A DNA stretch of 64,000 nt from Alistipes sp. (GTDB lineage: Bacteria > Bacteroidota > Bacteroidia > Bacteroidales > Rikenellaceae): assembly GCA_045633445.1 (NCBI GenBank), contig JAZQYI010000003.1, forward strand, positions 63,733 to 127,732. The letters are read 5' to 3'. Made by a program: the position numbers and the translations under genes. Positions 1-10,799 of this stretch are shown here, one piece after another. Every line of letters starts with the position of its first letter. Positions within the stretch are counted from its first letter, which is position 1. The notes under the pieces are model-generated. The model had not been told where the DNA came from. It saw only the letters and a list, made by a program, of their open reading frames with translations, and ran no database searches.

Positions 1-1200
1 CTGCTCACGCCACTTCTCGCCGTGACGAGACTGCTCATCCTCTGAGGTTGTGGCGTTGATATACTCGGCAATACCCTCCCAAGTGCGCATCTGCATACCG
101 CGCTGGTAGGTAAAGTCGGCAAGGTCTATCATCAGTGGCTCAACATCGCCATAGAGTATTGCGTGCAGACCCTCAGTAGGTATATCGGCAATAGCCGTAT
201 CGGTCGTGAAACCGTAGCGCTTACCAAGGGCGATAATAGTTGCAAAATAGATATTGTCTTTCTGTTTTCCCAACGGAGCTATACCACCCTGAGCTATTGT
301 CAGTTGCTTGTCTGGCAGCACCTTATCCATATCAAATACCGCCTCCTCACCAAGTCCGTTACAATGTGGACAGGCGCCCTTTGGAGAGTTAAATGAGAAG
401 GTATATGGCTCTGGGTCTTCAAATGCCACACCTGTTGTCGGACACATCAAGTGGCGGGAGTAGTAGCGCATACTATCGTCAGAGTAGTCGTGCAGCGCCA
501 TAGTGCCCTTGCCTTGATTCATCGCATCGGCAATAGAACGCATCATACGCTCACGCACATCCTCCCTTACATTTAGGCGGTCGATAACAAGCTCAATAGA
601 GTGGGTCTTGTAGCGATCCAAACGCTCGCCGGCCATAAATTCACGCACCACGCCATCTATTCGCGCATAGATATATCCGCGCTTTGAGAGTGAGTCAAAC
701 AGCTCGCGATAGTGACCCTTACGCTCCTTTACGATCGGCGAAAGCAGGGCAATCTTCTTGCCTTCGTACTGCTCCATAATAAGGTCGCAAATCTGCTCGT
801 CGGTGTAGTGAATCATCTTCTCTCCCGTAGCTGGCGAGTATGCCGTAGCCACGCGGGCAAAGAGCAGACGCATAAAGTCTCCAATCTCGGTAACTGTACC
901 GACAGTTGAGCGAGGGTTTTTATTGACCGTCTTCTGCTCAATGGCAACCACAGGGCTCAGTCCCGTAATCTTATCCACATCGGGGCGCTCCATAGAACCG
1001 ATAAACTGACGCGCATAGGTCGAGAAAGTCTCCATATATCGGCGCTGACCCTCGGCATAGATTGTATCAAAGGCCAGTGAGCTCTTGCCACTACCAGACA
1101 GACCAGTCACTACCACAAGCGAATCTCGCGGTATCTCAAGGTCTACATTTTTGAGGTTATGGACCCTTGCACCCTCTATTTTGATTGTATCATTAGCCAT
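1..1200 (-). CDS. uvrA: Excinuclease ABC subunit A, 5' part (runs off the left edge)
   Basis: Not in the ORF track. Manual minus-strand reading from 1200 gives [55 protein letters not shown], the canonical UvrA N-terminus with Walker A. Confidence 0.96.
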   Translation of the reverse strand, partial: MANDTIKIEGARVHNLKNVDLEIPRDSLVVVTGLSGSGKSSLAFDTIYAEGQRRYMETFSTYARQFIGSMERPDVDKITGLSPVVAIEQKTVNKNPRSTVGTVTEIGDFMRLLFARVATAYSPATGEKMIHYTDEQICDLIMEQYEGKKIALLSPIVKERKGHYRELFDSLSKRGYIYARIDGVVREFMAGERLDRYKTHSIELVIDRLNVREDVRERMMRSIADAMNQGKGTMALHDYSDDSMRYYSRHLMCPTTGVAFEDPEPYTFSFNSPKGACPHCNGLGEEAVFDMDKVLPDKQLTIAQGGIAPLGKQKDNIYFATIIALGKRYGFTTDTAIADIPTEGLHAILYGDVEPLMIDLADFTYQRGMQMRTWEGIAEYINATTSEDEQSRHGEKWREQ

Positions 1201-1201
1201 T

Positions 1202-1996
1202 TTATTCACATACTCTTGTCATAAGCTGTGCGAAGATGTCGTGCAGCGAGATAAGCCCCAACAGGTCGGCAAAGCATATGAGCACAATGACAAGGGTAAA
1301 ACCCTTGATTACACCCTTACCCAGATGCGATGCATAGTGCGATGCAAGGTACGAGCCGATAATATTTCCCACTCCGTGCGGAATACCGAAAAGGTAGTCA
1401 ATCTGCCCATTTATGATAAAGACAGCCAACGAGAATGGTGTTGCCACAAAAATCACAAAGTTCTTGATTGCATTTGCTGTCATAATATCCATACGCATAG
1501 CCCAGAGGGTGATTGCCAGAATAAGGTAGCCGATGCCGATATAGATATAACCGCCATAGAAACCTATGCCCAAAAAGAGCAGGTAGTGCCACGGCTTGAT
1601 GTCGAGATTATGGCCCTCCTTAATCTTTATACGGCTATCGAAAATAAGGTAGATCAGAATTACAACAAGTATTACACCAAAGCAGATTCTAAAGACCCTA
1701 TCGTCAATTCTTGTAGCCACGAGCGAGCCGACAATATTACCGATAATCACTGGTATAGAGAGCAGTAGACCGTGCTTGAGGTTAAACGCACCTTTGCGCA
1801 GAAAGTTTATAGTTGCAGTTAGGTTTTGCAGAAATACTGCAATACGGTTAGTTCCATTAGCAATAGTTATAGGCAGACCGAGTGCTGTAAACATCGTTAC
1901 TGTCACTACCGATCCACCACCTGCAAGTGTGTTGATTGCTCCGACAATAATTCCCGAAACAATAAGTATAATGGTTATGCTCAAATCCAACTCCAT
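1202..1996 (-). CDS. Sulfite exporter TauE/SafE (TSUP) family membrane protein
   Basis: 264 aa, hydrophobic; motifs [13 protein letters not shown] and GFYGGYI..GIG are typical of TSUP. Confidence 0.85.
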   Translation of the reverse strand: MELDLSITIILIVSGIIVGAINTLAGGGSVVTVTMFTALGLPITIANGTNRIAVFLQNLTATINFLRKGAFNLKHGLLLSIPVIIGNIVGSLVATRIDDRVFRICFGVILVVILIYLIFDSRIKIKEGHNLDIKPWHYLLFLGIGFYGGYIYIGIGYLILAITLWAMRMDIMTANAIKNFVIFVATPFSLAVFIINGQIDYLFGIPHGVGNIIGSYLASHYASHLGKGVIKGFTLVIVLICFADLLGLISLHDIFAQLMTRVCE

Positions 1997-2071
1997 ATAT
2001 CAATATCCCGTAATTTAGGTAGTTTGAAACTCAAAAATAGCAAATATTTCGGAAAATTGCAATGTTTTGCC

Positions 2072-2079
2072 TATTTTTG
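2072..2079 (+). promoter_or_regulatory. Bacteroidota sigma-A -7 element (TAnnTTTG)
   Basis: TATTTTTG followed by CACC, about 25 bp upstream of the ATG at 2105. Confidence 0.6.
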
Positions 2080-2104
2080 CACCCAAATAAATGTATACCA
2101 ATAT

Positions 2105-2941
2105 ATGAAAGTTGGACAAATTCAAACACTTACCGTAAATCGTCTTTCTGATTTCGGACTCTATCTTGCAGACGAAGAGGGCAATGAGGCTCTGCTTCCA
2201 AATCGATATGTATCTCTATCACAGAAGGTTGGTGACAGCGTCGAGGTATTTATCTACCACGACTCTGAGGATCGTATCACAGCTACAACAGATACTCCAA
2301 CAATCACAGCAGGTAAGGTTGCATGGATGAAGGTTGTGGATAAAAATATCCACGGTGCATTCCTCGACTGGGGCATTGCGGGCAAAGACCTCTTCCTGCC
2401 AAATCGTAACCAGCAGGGTGGTATAGTTATTGGCAACTACTATCCTATCTATATGTATGTTGACGATATTACAGGTCGTTGTGTGGCTACAAATAAGCTC
2501 CGTAGCTTTGTCAATAATGACGATATTGTAACGGTAGATAAGGGTCAGCAGGTGGATGTTCTTGTGGTTTCGGAGAGTCCAATCGGCTACCGCGTGATTG
2601 TTGAGAACCGTCATTGGGGTATGCTCTATAAGAATCAGATTTTCCGTCCGCTCTCTCTTGGTGAGCGTACAACAGCATACGTTGTAAAGGTTACTGAGGA
2701 GCGTCGCATAGACCTTTCGCTGCAGCGTCGCGGATATACACAGGTAAAGGATAGTGCCGAGCAACTCTATGATGCTATTGTAGCCGCTGGCGGTACTCTG
2801 CCGCTTAACGACAACAGCTCGCCAGAACAGATTCAGCAGACACTGCAGATGAGTAAGAAGCTCTTCAAGCGCTCGCTTGGCGTGCTGATGAGTCACAACC
2901 GCGTGGTTGTAACTGATGACGGAGTTAAAATTGCGAAATAA
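2105..2941 (+). CDS. cvfB: S1 RNA-binding domain protein, CvfB/YitL family
   Basis: Start reassigned to MKVGQIQTLTVNRLSDFGLYL. Repeated S1-like segments (GAFLDWG..KDLFLP) and C-terminal LPLNDNSSPEQI...SKKLFKRSLG. Confidence 0.88.
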   Translation: MKVGQIQTLTVNRLSDFGLYLADEEGNEALLPNRYVSLSQKVGDSVEVFIYHDSEDRITATTDTPTITAGKVAWMKVVDKNIHGAFLDWGIAGKDLFLPNRNQQGGIVIGNYYPIYMYVDDITGRCVATNKLRSFVNNDDIVTVDKGQQVDVLVVSESPIGYRVIVENRHWGMLYKNQIFRPLSLGERTTAYVVKVTEERRIDLSLQRRGYTQVKDSAEQLYDAIVAAGGTLPLNDNSSPEQIQQTLQMSKKLFKRSLGVLMSHNRVVVTDDGVKIAK

Positions 2942-3702
2942 TGGCAAAAGTAGCTACTGCTGAGAGGGTTTCACGCGAGGCGTCGGATAACTTTGTCTTT
3001 CAACGCTCGGTGCTTGCATACCACTATGCCGCAGAGATTATCAGCGGTGATGTGCTCGAGATTGGTACGGGTACAGGCTATGGAGTGGAGATTTTGGCGC
3101 CAAAGTGTAAGAGATTTATCACTGTCGATAAGTTTCTCGACCCATCAGTGCCACAAGTGGAGAATGTTGAGCAGCACCAGATGGTCGTGCCGCCGATTGG
3201 CTTTGAGAGCGGTAGCTTTGACTTTGTAGTGAGCTTTCAGGTAATCGAGCATATCAAGGATGATACACAATTTGTCCGCGAGGTGGCACGTGTGCTACGC
3301 CCAGGTGGTAAATTTATCGTCTCAACACCCAATGCTCCTATGTCACTCACTCGCAATCCGTGGCATATTAGAGAGTATACAGCAGAAGGGCTACAAAATC
3401 TGCTCAGCATAAGTTTTAGCACTATCACACCTGCGGGAGTGGTTGGTAATCAGAAGATTATGGAGTACTACGAGAAGAACCGCCAGGGTGTAGAGCGTAT
3501 CACCCGTTTCGATATTCTCGACCTGCAACACCGCTTACCACGACAACTACTGCAGATACCGTACGATATTCTCAACCGCATCAACCGTCGCCGACTGCTC
3601 AAGAAAAATACCGAACTGACAACCTCTATCGAGATGACAGACTACTCGGTGAGTAGCGCTACCGACCAAAGTTTCGACCTACTCTTTGTTGCAGAGAAAT
3701 AA
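2941..3702 (+). CDS. Class I SAM-dependent methyltransferase
   Basis: VLEIGTGTGYG motif I, FDFVVSFQVIEH and RVLRPGG. Start overlaps the upstream stop (TAATG). Confidence 0.9.
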   Translation: MAKVATAERVSREASDNFVFQRSVLAYHYAAEIISGDVLEIGTGTGYGVEILAPKCKRFITVDKFLDPSVPQVENVEQHQMVVPPIGFESGSFDFVVSFQVIEHIKDDTQFVREVARVLRPGGKFIVSTPNAPMSLTRNPWHIREYTAEGLQNLLSISFSTITPAGVVGNQKIMEYYEKNRQGVERITRFDILDLQHRLPRQLLQIPYDILNRINRRRLLKKNTELTTSIEMTDYSVSSATDQSFDLLFVAEK

Positions 3703-3730
3703 AAAAGAGCCTCAATCGAGGCTCTTTTTT
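3701..3730. terminator. Bidirectional intrinsic terminator
   Basis: Perfect inverted repeat AAAAAAGAGCCTC-aatc-GAGGCTCTTTTTT. Confidence 0.88.
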
Positions 3731-3752
3731 ATTTAGCTGTCGGCAAATCTGT

Positions 3753-4265
3753 ATTTGTACACCGCGAATTCCTCACACCCATTTGTCGTCAAAAGGTAGT
3801 AGTTAATCCATCTTAAAGATGAATTTCCCTCCTCGCAGTTCGGCATAGTCTGCAAGCAGTCTCTGCCCTCACGAGCAGCGTCGGTCGGTGTGCATCGTGA
3901 AATATCCCCAGATGGGCTGTACTTGGGGTACTGCTCATTCGGGGATATGAGGGATGTGCTGCGAATTTGCACACCTATCAATCTTTGCACGCATTTGTTG
4001 TCAAAATGTGTTAGAGATGGCGCATCGCGTAAAAAGCCCAGCGATGGATAGTACTTGAACGTACAGCCATTGCTGGGCTTTTAGGGATGTGCTGCAAATT
4101 TGCACTCCGAATATTATTCGCACTCATTTGTCGTCAGAGTGGTGTAGTTACAACGCTCGGCGCGATTGGAGGCGATGGGCTGTACTAAGGCGTACTGCCC
4201 ATTGCTGACATATCGCGTTAGCGGAAGTAAATGCGCCACTATCACGACAAATGCACGGCAAATGT
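3753..4265 (+). repeat. Cluster 1 of the nested-palindrome element family (three leader + hairpin units in tandem)
   Basis: Leaders at about 3753, 3965 and 4098, each ending in CATTTGTYGTCARA. Hairpins at 3890-3959, 3992-4092 and 4125-4253 with GTAC-loop-GTAC apices. Extra right-end copy CACGGCAAATG at 4254-4264. Confidence 0.85.
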
Positions 4266-5288
4266 TTAGATGTTATGGGACAACGGCGGCGGCACCACCT
4301 CCCCAAACTCATAATCTCCCCAGCGCTCAGCGATGGAAGAGATGGTATCCTGCAGTTCATCGACATCGGTAAGGGTGACGAGTTTCATACGGGTCTGTTT
4401 GAAGTCGGGCAGTCCTTTGAAATAGTTGGAGAGATGGCGGCGCATCTCGAAGATTCCGACCTTATCGCCCTTAACCTCTACAGACTTTGCCAGGTGCTCC
4501 TTAGCGATAGCGATACGTTCAAGAACGGATGGTTGTGGAAGGAGTTCGCCCGTTTCGAGGTAGTGTCTCACCTCGCGGAAGATCCACGGACGACCGTATG
4601 TTGCGCGGCCAATCATCACGCCATCTACGCCATAGCGATCAAACATCTGCTTTGCCTTCTGTGCAGAGTCGACATCGCCATTTCCGATAATCGGGATGTG
4701 GATTGTAGGGTCGTTCTTAATCTTACCGATAAGTGTCCAGTCGGCCTCACCGGTATATAGCTGGCAGCGTGTACGACCGTGAATTGTAAGTGCCGCGATA
4801 CCAACATCCTGCAGACGGTGGGCAATCTCCTCGATATTTTTGCTTGTATCGTCCCAGCCCAAGCGAGTCTTAACGGTAACGGGTTTATTTACAGCATTTA
4901 CAATCTGGCGGGTCATCTCGACCATAAGCGGCACATCGCGCATCATACCAGAGCCCGCACCACGACCCGCGATTTTTTTCATCGGGCAGCCAAAATTGAT
5001 ATCGATAACATCCGGATTTGCACTCTCGGCTATACGTGCAGCCTCGACCATTGGCTCGATCTGATTGCCGTAGATTTGGATGCCTACGGGACGCTCAAAG
5101 TCGTTGATATTGAGCTTTGCCAACGATTTACGAGCATCACGAATAAGGCCATCGGAGGAGATAAACTCTGTAGTTACCATATCCGCACCAAATCGTTTAC
5201 ACATATAGCGAAACGACGGGTCGGTAACATCCTCCATAGGCGCCAAAAAGAGCGCACGATCACGCAACTCTACATCTCCAATCTTCAT
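4266..5288 (-). CDS. dusB: tRNA-dihydrouridine synthase B
   Basis: LAPMEDVT, IDINFGCP, VTVKTRLGW, TIHGRT, IIGNGD and GVMIGRA motifs. Confidence 0.95.
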   Translation of the reverse strand: MKIGDVELRDRALFLAPMEDVTDPSFRYMCKRFGADMVTTEFISSDGLIRDARKSLAKLNINDFERPVGIQIYGNQIEPMVEAARIAESANPDVIDINFGCPMKKIAGRGAGSGMMRDVPLMVEMTRQIVNAVNKPVTVKTRLGWDDTSKNIEEIAHRLQDVGIAALTIHGRTRCQLYTGEADWTLIGKIKNDPTIHIPIIGNGDVDSAQKAKQMFDRYGVDGVMIGRATYGRPWIFREVRHYLETGELLPQPSVLERIAIAKEHLAKSVEVKGDKVGIFEMRRHLSNYFKGLPDFKQTRMKLVTLTDVDELQDTISSIAERWGDYEFGEVVPPPLSHNI

Positions 5289-6184
5289 TAATCCCTCTTT
5301 TTATAGATTTGGTATGAATTTACGATATTTTGCCAAACAATATATGCCGTTGGGGCGACAGAGCAGAGTGGGTTGAGAAACGACTGCGCCATCCATATAG
5401 CCAGTATCGTATTCTTCTGACCCAACGACTGACCTCCGGCAACGGTATCGCCATACTTTGCACCGATCTTACGACCCAAAGCAAATTGAGCAAGGCATAT
5501 AACGGCCGAGATTGCTGCCAAGATAATCTCTGTCTTTGCATCTGTGGCGCTATGGTCAATGACAAAAGCTGTAGTACGACCCACGACAATAGTCAGCGAC
5601 ACGAGCCAAATATAGAACGAGAATTGGCTATGTCCTGCAACCCAACCTGCAACCTTTGGTGTTAAAAATCTGCACAGCTGACCCGCCACAAATGGCGCTA
5701 CGAGCAGAGGTGCAACTTTGCTTAGTATCTGCATCAGTGTACACTGTCCATCCCCTACCCAAGTGAGGATAAATGGCGCTACGAAGGCAGTGCCGATATT
5801 ACAGAGCAGGCTATAGGTGGTCATATTCTCGATATTTGCACCGAGCATACCACCAATAACCACAGCCGCCATAGCTATCGGCGCAAGTGCACATATCATC
5901 GCGCCCTGAGCCACCGTCTGTCCAAGTGGTAGCAGCAGTGTATAGAGGGCCATTGAGCCCACAATCTGAGCCGCAAAGAGCCAGAAGTGCATCATCGTCA
6001 CACGCATCTTTGTAACATCAACACGGCAGTATGTAAAGAACAGCATTACAAATATCAGCACGGGGGTAAGATAACCCGAGCTCCAGGTGTCGATAGCCAC
6101 AATCTGTCGGCACAGCAGCGCACCGATAACCATACCGAGGGGCATCGATACGGTGCGCAGTGTATGTGACGAAACTCTTCCCAT
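5288..6184 (-). CDS. Membrane transporter, bile acid:Na+ symporter-like
   Basis: 298 aa with 9-10 hydrophobic segments; APIAMAA and GQSLGQKNTILAIW motifs. Confidence 0.7.
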   Translation of the reverse strand: MGRVSSHTLRTVSMPLGMVIGALLCRQIVAIDTWSSGYLTPVLIFVMLFFTYCRVDVTKMRVTMMHFWLFAAQIVGSMALYTLLLPLGQTVAQGAMICALAPIAMAAVVIGGMLGANIENMTTYSLLCNIGTAFVAPFILTWVGDGQCTLMQILSKVAPLLVAPFVAGQLCRFLTPKVAGWVAGHSQFSFYIWLVSLTIVVGRTTAFVIDHSATDAKTEIILAAISAVICLAQFALGRKIGAKYGDTVAGGQSLGQKNTILAIWMAQSFLNPLCSVAPTAYIVWQNIVNSYQIYKKRD

Positions 6185-7791
6185 TACTCTATTCCATTAA
6201 AGAAGTATGGTGCATAGACAAAGCCCTGCTTATCATAGAGCTTACGCAGTATATGCATACGGCGGGCAAAGTCGTTGTAGTCCTTATTTCCATACGACCA
6301 ACCAGTCTCAGCAAGGGCAGCAAGGCGTGGCAGCAGCATATGCTGTGCGTGGTCGAAGGTAGCGATATACTCAGTCCACAGATTGACCTGAACACCCTTG
6401 ATGAACTTCTGCTGCTCTGAATTGAGCTCTGCATAAGGGTCGAGATTATAAGTCTTGTGCAGTGTCACTGGGAAGCGACCATTACCAAGCGGCTCGCCAT
6501 TTGCCTTATGGTCAGAGGTCTGGTAGTAGTCAATATAGCAGTGGGTATTTGGGGTCATAATAACGTGATTACCAAGCTTTGCCGCTGCAATACCACCCTT
6601 TGTTCCACGCCAAGACATAACAGTCGCGCTCTTTGAAATTCCGCCCTGCAAAATCTCATCCCAACCGATAATCTTTCGGCCACGCTCTGCAAGCCACTTC
6701 TCTATACGCTCCATAAAGTAGCTCTGAAGCTGGTGCTCATTCTCAAGTCCCTCATCCTTGATACGCTTCTGGCAGTGTGGACACTTTTTCCACGCATCAC
6801 GAGGAGCCTCATCGCCACCAATGTGGATATACTCGTATGGGAAGAGCTCAAGGACCTCAGTAAGTACATTCTCAATAAACTCAAATGTACTCTCCTTACC
6901 TGCGCAGTAAATATCCTTACTAATGCCCCAGCGTGTCCATACAGAGTATGGGCCACCAGTACAACCGAGCTCTGGATATGCAGTAAGCGCTGCTACAGAG
7001 TGTCCTGGCATCTCAATCTCAGGAATTACGTCAATATATCGCGCTGCAGCATAGGCAACAATCTCGCGCACCTGATCCTGGGTAAAGATACCGCCATAGC
7101 GAGTGCCGTCATAGACCTTTGAACGACGATTTCTACCGATAAGGGTCTGGTTACGGTATGCGCCTACCTCTGAGAGTTCTGGGTAGCGCTTAATCTCAAT
7201 TCTCCAACCCTGATCCTCTGTAAGGTGCCAGTGGAACTTATTTACCTTATGCAGAGCAAGGATGTCGATAAACTTTTTAACATCCTCAACCGTAAAGATA
7301 TGTCGGCATACGTCGAGCATACCTCCGCGATACTCAAAGTGTGGTTTATCGGCAATCTTAACGCCACCAAGCGACACACCTCCCTTAACTGCATCGGATG
7401 CAGCAGCAATCTGCAGCAGACTCTGCAGACCATAGAAAACTGCGCGCTCTGTACCGCCAACAATATTAACGGCAGCAGAGGTGATATTAAGTTTATACTC
7501 CTCTGCCTGTAGCGAACTATCTATAGTTAGGTTGATTGCGCCATTGCGAGGTGCAGAACGCTTTACAGACAGTGTTGAGCCGGTTACTACAGACAGATCC
7601 TCAGCAAAGATTGTCGCCGCATGGGCAAGCGCCTGCGACTCTGCTCGCACAACGGTCTTTGGGGTGAGAATAAAGCTACCCTCAACGGCTGTGTAGTTTA
7701 ATGGACGTGGCACAATGACATTTGCATAGTCAGTGGCAAAGGCAACCGACATACAGAGGAGTGCTACGGTGAATAAAAGTAGTCGTTTCAT
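6184..7791 (-). CDS. Beta-N-acetylhexosaminidase, GH20
   Basis: Signal peptide; RGGMLDVCRH, FHWHLTEDQGWR, IPEIEMPGH and the catalytic HIGGDE motif. Confidence 0.95.
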   Translation of the reverse strand: MKRLLLFTVALLCMSVAFATDYANVIVPRPLNYTAVEGSFILTPKTVVRAESQALAHAATIFAEDLSVVTGSTLSVKRSAPRNGAINLTIDSSLQAEEYKLNITSAAVNIVGGTERAVFYGLQSLLQIAAASDAVKGGVSLGGVKIADKPHFEYRGGMLDVCRHIFTVEDVKKFIDILALHKVNKFHWHLTEDQGWRIEIKRYPELSEVGAYRNQTLIGRNRRSKVYDGTRYGGIFTQDQVREIVAYAAARYIDVIPEIEMPGHSVAALTAYPELGCTGGPYSVWTRWGISKDIYCAGKESTFEFIENVLTEVLELFPYEYIHIGGDEAPRDAWKKCPHCQKRIKDEGLENEHQLQSYFMERIEKWLAERGRKIIGWDEILQGGISKSATVMSWRGTKGGIAAAKLGNHVIMTPNTHCYIDYYQTSDHKANGEPLGNGRFPVTLHKTYNLDPYAELNSEQQKFIKGVQVNLWTEYIATFDHAQHMLLPRLAALAETGWSYGNKDYNDFARRMHILRKLYDKQGFVYAPYFFNGIE

Positions 7792-7801
7792 AGTTTATAG
7801 G

Positions 7802-10762
7802 TTAATGTATTAGGTATTCAACAATATCTCTCATAAGCAAATCTCGCTCATTACTATCCATAATCGACTCAAATGGCACACCCATAACAAAAGTTGAGTG
7901 GTCTTCGCCCTTATATCCTACCGCCGCAGCAATACGGCTATCTGGGTAGAAAACAAGCGCCTTACCGCCATTTGCAGCCCTGAAACCATCAACAGAGTTG
8001 ACCGTATAGAACTCTGGGCAGTAGTGACGGCAATAGTGGTACTGACGACTTGGAAGTACCCCCACTTGGCGACTGGCTGTAGATATAACATCTCTACGGC
8101 TGGCACAATTACCAGCAAAAGAGATGTGAAGCCACTTATTGGCAAATGCCCTATCTGCATCAGTTGCAAGGCTACTATCAAACAGATCTGTACCGACATA
8201 AGCGCCCGAGATAAATAGCGCGCCCTTTGATGTCAGATAGCCGCTCAGAGCCGCTTGCAGTCTATCTGATAGGCACTCATAACGCGGAGCAACTACGCCA
8301 CGACCAACCGTTGTTGTGCGCTGCTTACCCAACACTATATCTACCAAATTGTAGCACGACAGGTCTACATCTCCACATTCCACCGCAGCAACACTTGACG
8401 AGTAGAACGAGCAACCAGCCGCCACAAGGCTCTGTCCGTGCAGATATGGGTAGTCAAAGCTATTTCCGCCCACAACAGCTCCTGCATTATCGCTAAACGA
8501 GTGACCCAGAGCCCTCTGCTCTACCTTCTCGCGACGCTTTGAGGTATCGAATACTCGCTGCTCGCCGATAAATGCCACATCACGGATATAAGCCACACCA
8601 CTATCGAACTCATTATGAAAACCATCCTCTCGGCACTCTGGCGCAGAGAGTCGGTCAAAGCCATTGACAACCATGGCCGTTGCTACAGCATCGCTACGAC
8701 GACATACCGCAAGCGTCTCGCTCGGGAAGCTCTCTCCGCCTGCATTGATAGCCGTAACACGATAGCTATAGATAACATCATCATCCTGACGGACAACAAG
8801 TTCGGTATCAGTAACCACGCGACCGTTATCAAAACCGCCATCACCCTTGCGGGTGTAGACAATATAGGCTGTCGGAGTGGCTGTACTCTCTAACGAGTCA
8901 ACCGTAGGTCGCCAACTCAGCCTTACACCATCGCCATCGATAGGCGAAGTCGAAAAGCTATTTACAGGCAGCGGAGTGACACAATATGGCACATCGTACT
9001 GCGCCGAGAGATGGCGTAGCATAGCCTTATAGATTGCGCGAGATACGGTAAACTTAAAGTTTGGATCGTGACCCAGACGCATATCTGCAAGGTTTTGGTG
9101 CGAGAGTAGCTCAAGGAGCATTGTCGGGGTGGATGGTACGCGTGCCTCGTAGTATGAGCGGTTCCACATTCCACGACGACGCCACTCTGGCTCATAACTA
9201 CGGCGCAAATCTTCGGTTATCTGCGACATTACAAGGTCTGTAAGGTCGCGCGAGAGGTAGCGCTTTGCTCTACCCTCGAACTTGCCCTTGTTATGCTTTG
9301 TGTAGAATATACCCAGCGTGCCGATAGTATCGTCATTATCGGTTATACCTGCGTCGGTGTGAAAGGCAAACGACAAATCTACTGGAATACCGAGACCCTC
9401 TCCCTTCTTAAGGCGGTCAGAGCCACCCATAAGAGCATTTACCCACTCGCCACGACACATATAGTCATCTTTATAGTCGTGGGCATTGCGCTGCAAGCTG
9501 TACACCTTCTCATCAAAGCCAGCCCACTGCAGCCAGTATCTTGCACCCTCGCAGTAGCGCGGCATACCGCTGGTAATCGGGGTATAATCTGCCCCTGCAA
9601 CCTGCAGTGAGTCACAGACCGTACGTGCAATATTTCCATAGCCACCGCCAATCTTTACCGCATCGGCACTAACTATCGCGCCCTCCTTATCTAACAGGTT
9701 TGAGAGTGTTACAACTACCCTCTTCTCGCCCTTTGCAAAGCGGTGAGTGCCAAGATATATCCACGTTCCGCCACCCATACGCTGATTAACGTGATAACGG
9801 CTCTCTCCGCCCGCGTGGTGAATGGTATAGACTACCCCATCGGCGCTATCGGGAAACGATTTGTAGCTCACATAGACTGCATAGTCATCACTCTTTGCAA
9901 AGGCTGCACTCCAACTTGCCTGACTACAATTTGCATCTGCAGTCACACTGCGTGTAGCACGGCTCGTACCATCCTTAAATGGATTTTCGCCCGTCAGATA
10001 CTCCTTTTTTAGATGTGCAAAGCCATCCTCAACGCTCTGCCAGCGATATTTTCCCACACGCTCGGTGTAGTTAGCACCGTCGTTATCGACAATAATCTCC
10101 TCACACTGAAAATCGCGCTCTCGCGGAAGGAGTACCGTTGCACCTGCACCCTCAAGCATCGGTACAAGATATGGCAGCACATAGCTCTGGGTGTAGAGAT
10201 CCTCAACCGTCTGCCAGAGTAGTGAACGCTGCCAAGTCCAGTCGTTAGCTCCCTGATCAAAGTAGCGGCCGTGGCTCTGCCACATAGCAATATGGCGGGC
10301 ATTGAGTCCCTTTGTAATCTCGAAAGGTCGCTCGGCGCGCACCAACTGCCCTCCATCGCCACCATTGACAAACGGCTTTATACCTTTACGCGAACTACGG
10401 GCATAGAGTGGGATATAGTATTCGAGGGGATAACCCTCCGAGATAATCTCAATACTTTTTGAGGCCAAATTATTTGGCAGACAGAGACGAACAGAGTCGT
10501 ATATAGCCTCTAAATTATCCTCTCTTACGGGATAGTAGGTCATACCTATAGAGGTGTAGACAACCACCTTTCCTGCTCGCTGCGAGATATTTGACACCAC
10601 TACAGGCACGCCTTTAACCTCACGCTGAACAATGCGGGTAAGGGTCTGCGAGATGGCCTCCTTTGTGCTATCAGTAATAGAGTTTGGTGCAGCCAAAAGA
10701 GTCACTGGCAACAGGAGAAGGAGTATGGATATATAGAGTTTTTTTACAAAATTCACATTCAT
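7802..10762 (-). CDS. Large secreted multidomain protein of the family often annotated 'xanthan lyase'; amidase_3-like domain, golvesin-like domain and FN3
   Basis: 986 aa with signal peptide; WQSHG, TVEDL, FHTDA and LLELLSH motifs; VNQRMGGGTWIYLG and VSADAVKIGGG segments; FN3-like YSYRVTAINAGGESFPSE. Confidence 0.75.
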   Translation of the reverse strand: MNVNFVKKLYISILLLLLPVTLLAAPNSITDSTKEAISQTLTRIVQREVKGVPVVVSNISQRAGKVVVYTSIGMTYYPVREDNLEAIYDSVRLCLPNNLASKSIEIISEGYPLEYYIPLYARSSRKGIKPFVNGGDGGQLVRAERPFEITKGLNARHIAMWQSHGRYFDQGANDWTWQRSLLWQTVEDLYTQSYVLPYLVPMLEGAGATVLLPRERDFQCEEIIVDNDGANYTERVGKYRWQSVEDGFAHLKKEYLTGENPFKDGTSRATRSVTADANCSQASWSAAFAKSDDYAVYVSYKSFPDSADGVVYTIHHAGGESRYHVNQRMGGGTWIYLGTHRFAKGEKRVVVTLSNLLDKEGAIVSADAVKIGGGYGNIARTVCDSLQVAGADYTPITSGMPRYCEGARYWLQWAGFDEKVYSLQRNAHDYKDDYMCRGEWVNALMGGSDRLKKGEGLGIPVDLSFAFHTDAGITDNDDTIGTLGIFYTKHNKGKFEGRAKRYLSRDLTDLVMSQITEDLRRSYEPEWRRRGMWNRSYYEARVPSTPTMLLELLSHQNLADMRLGHDPNFKFTVSRAIYKAMLRHLSAQYDVPYCVTPLPVNSFSTSPIDGDGVRLSWRPTVDSLESTATPTAYIVYTRKGDGGFDNGRVVTDTELVVRQDDDVIYSYRVTAINAGGESFPSETLAVCRRSDAVATAMVVNGFDRLSAPECREDGFHNEFDSGVAYIRDVAFIGEQRVFDTSKRREKVEQRALGHSFSDNAGAVVGGNSFDYPYLHGQSLVAAGCSFYSSSVAAVECGDVDLSCYNLVDIVLGKQRTTTVGRGVVAPRYECLSDRLQAALSGYLTSKGALFISGAYVGTDLFDSSLATDADRAFANKWLHISFAGNCASRRDVISTASRQVGVLPSRQYHYCRHYCPEFYTVNSVDGFRAANGGKALVFYPDSRIAAAVGYKGEDHSTFVMGVPFESIMDSNERDLLMRDIVEYLIH

Positions 10763-10767
10763 AGATG

Positions 10768-10795
10768 CAAAGATAAGAAATAGTTATTAAATTTG
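10768..10795. promoter_or_regulatory. Back-to-back -7 promoter elements for divergent genes
   Basis: TATCTTTG on the minus strand (10768-10775) and TAAATTTG on the plus strand (10788-10795), each 5-6 nt from an ATG. Confidence 0.6.
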
Positions 10796-10799
10796 CTCT

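Noticed and set aside
1826-2104. N-terminal extension of the cvfB ORF (similar extensions at 41168-41359, 46893-47246 and 54801-54845)
   Set aside because: The extensions overlap divergent genes or promoters; family-like sequence begins only at the downstream ATG.
3753-4265. Tandem leader/variable-insert units read as a CRISPR array
   Set aside because: The repeats are degenerate, the inserts are themselves conserved palindromes of unequal length, and no cas genes are present.
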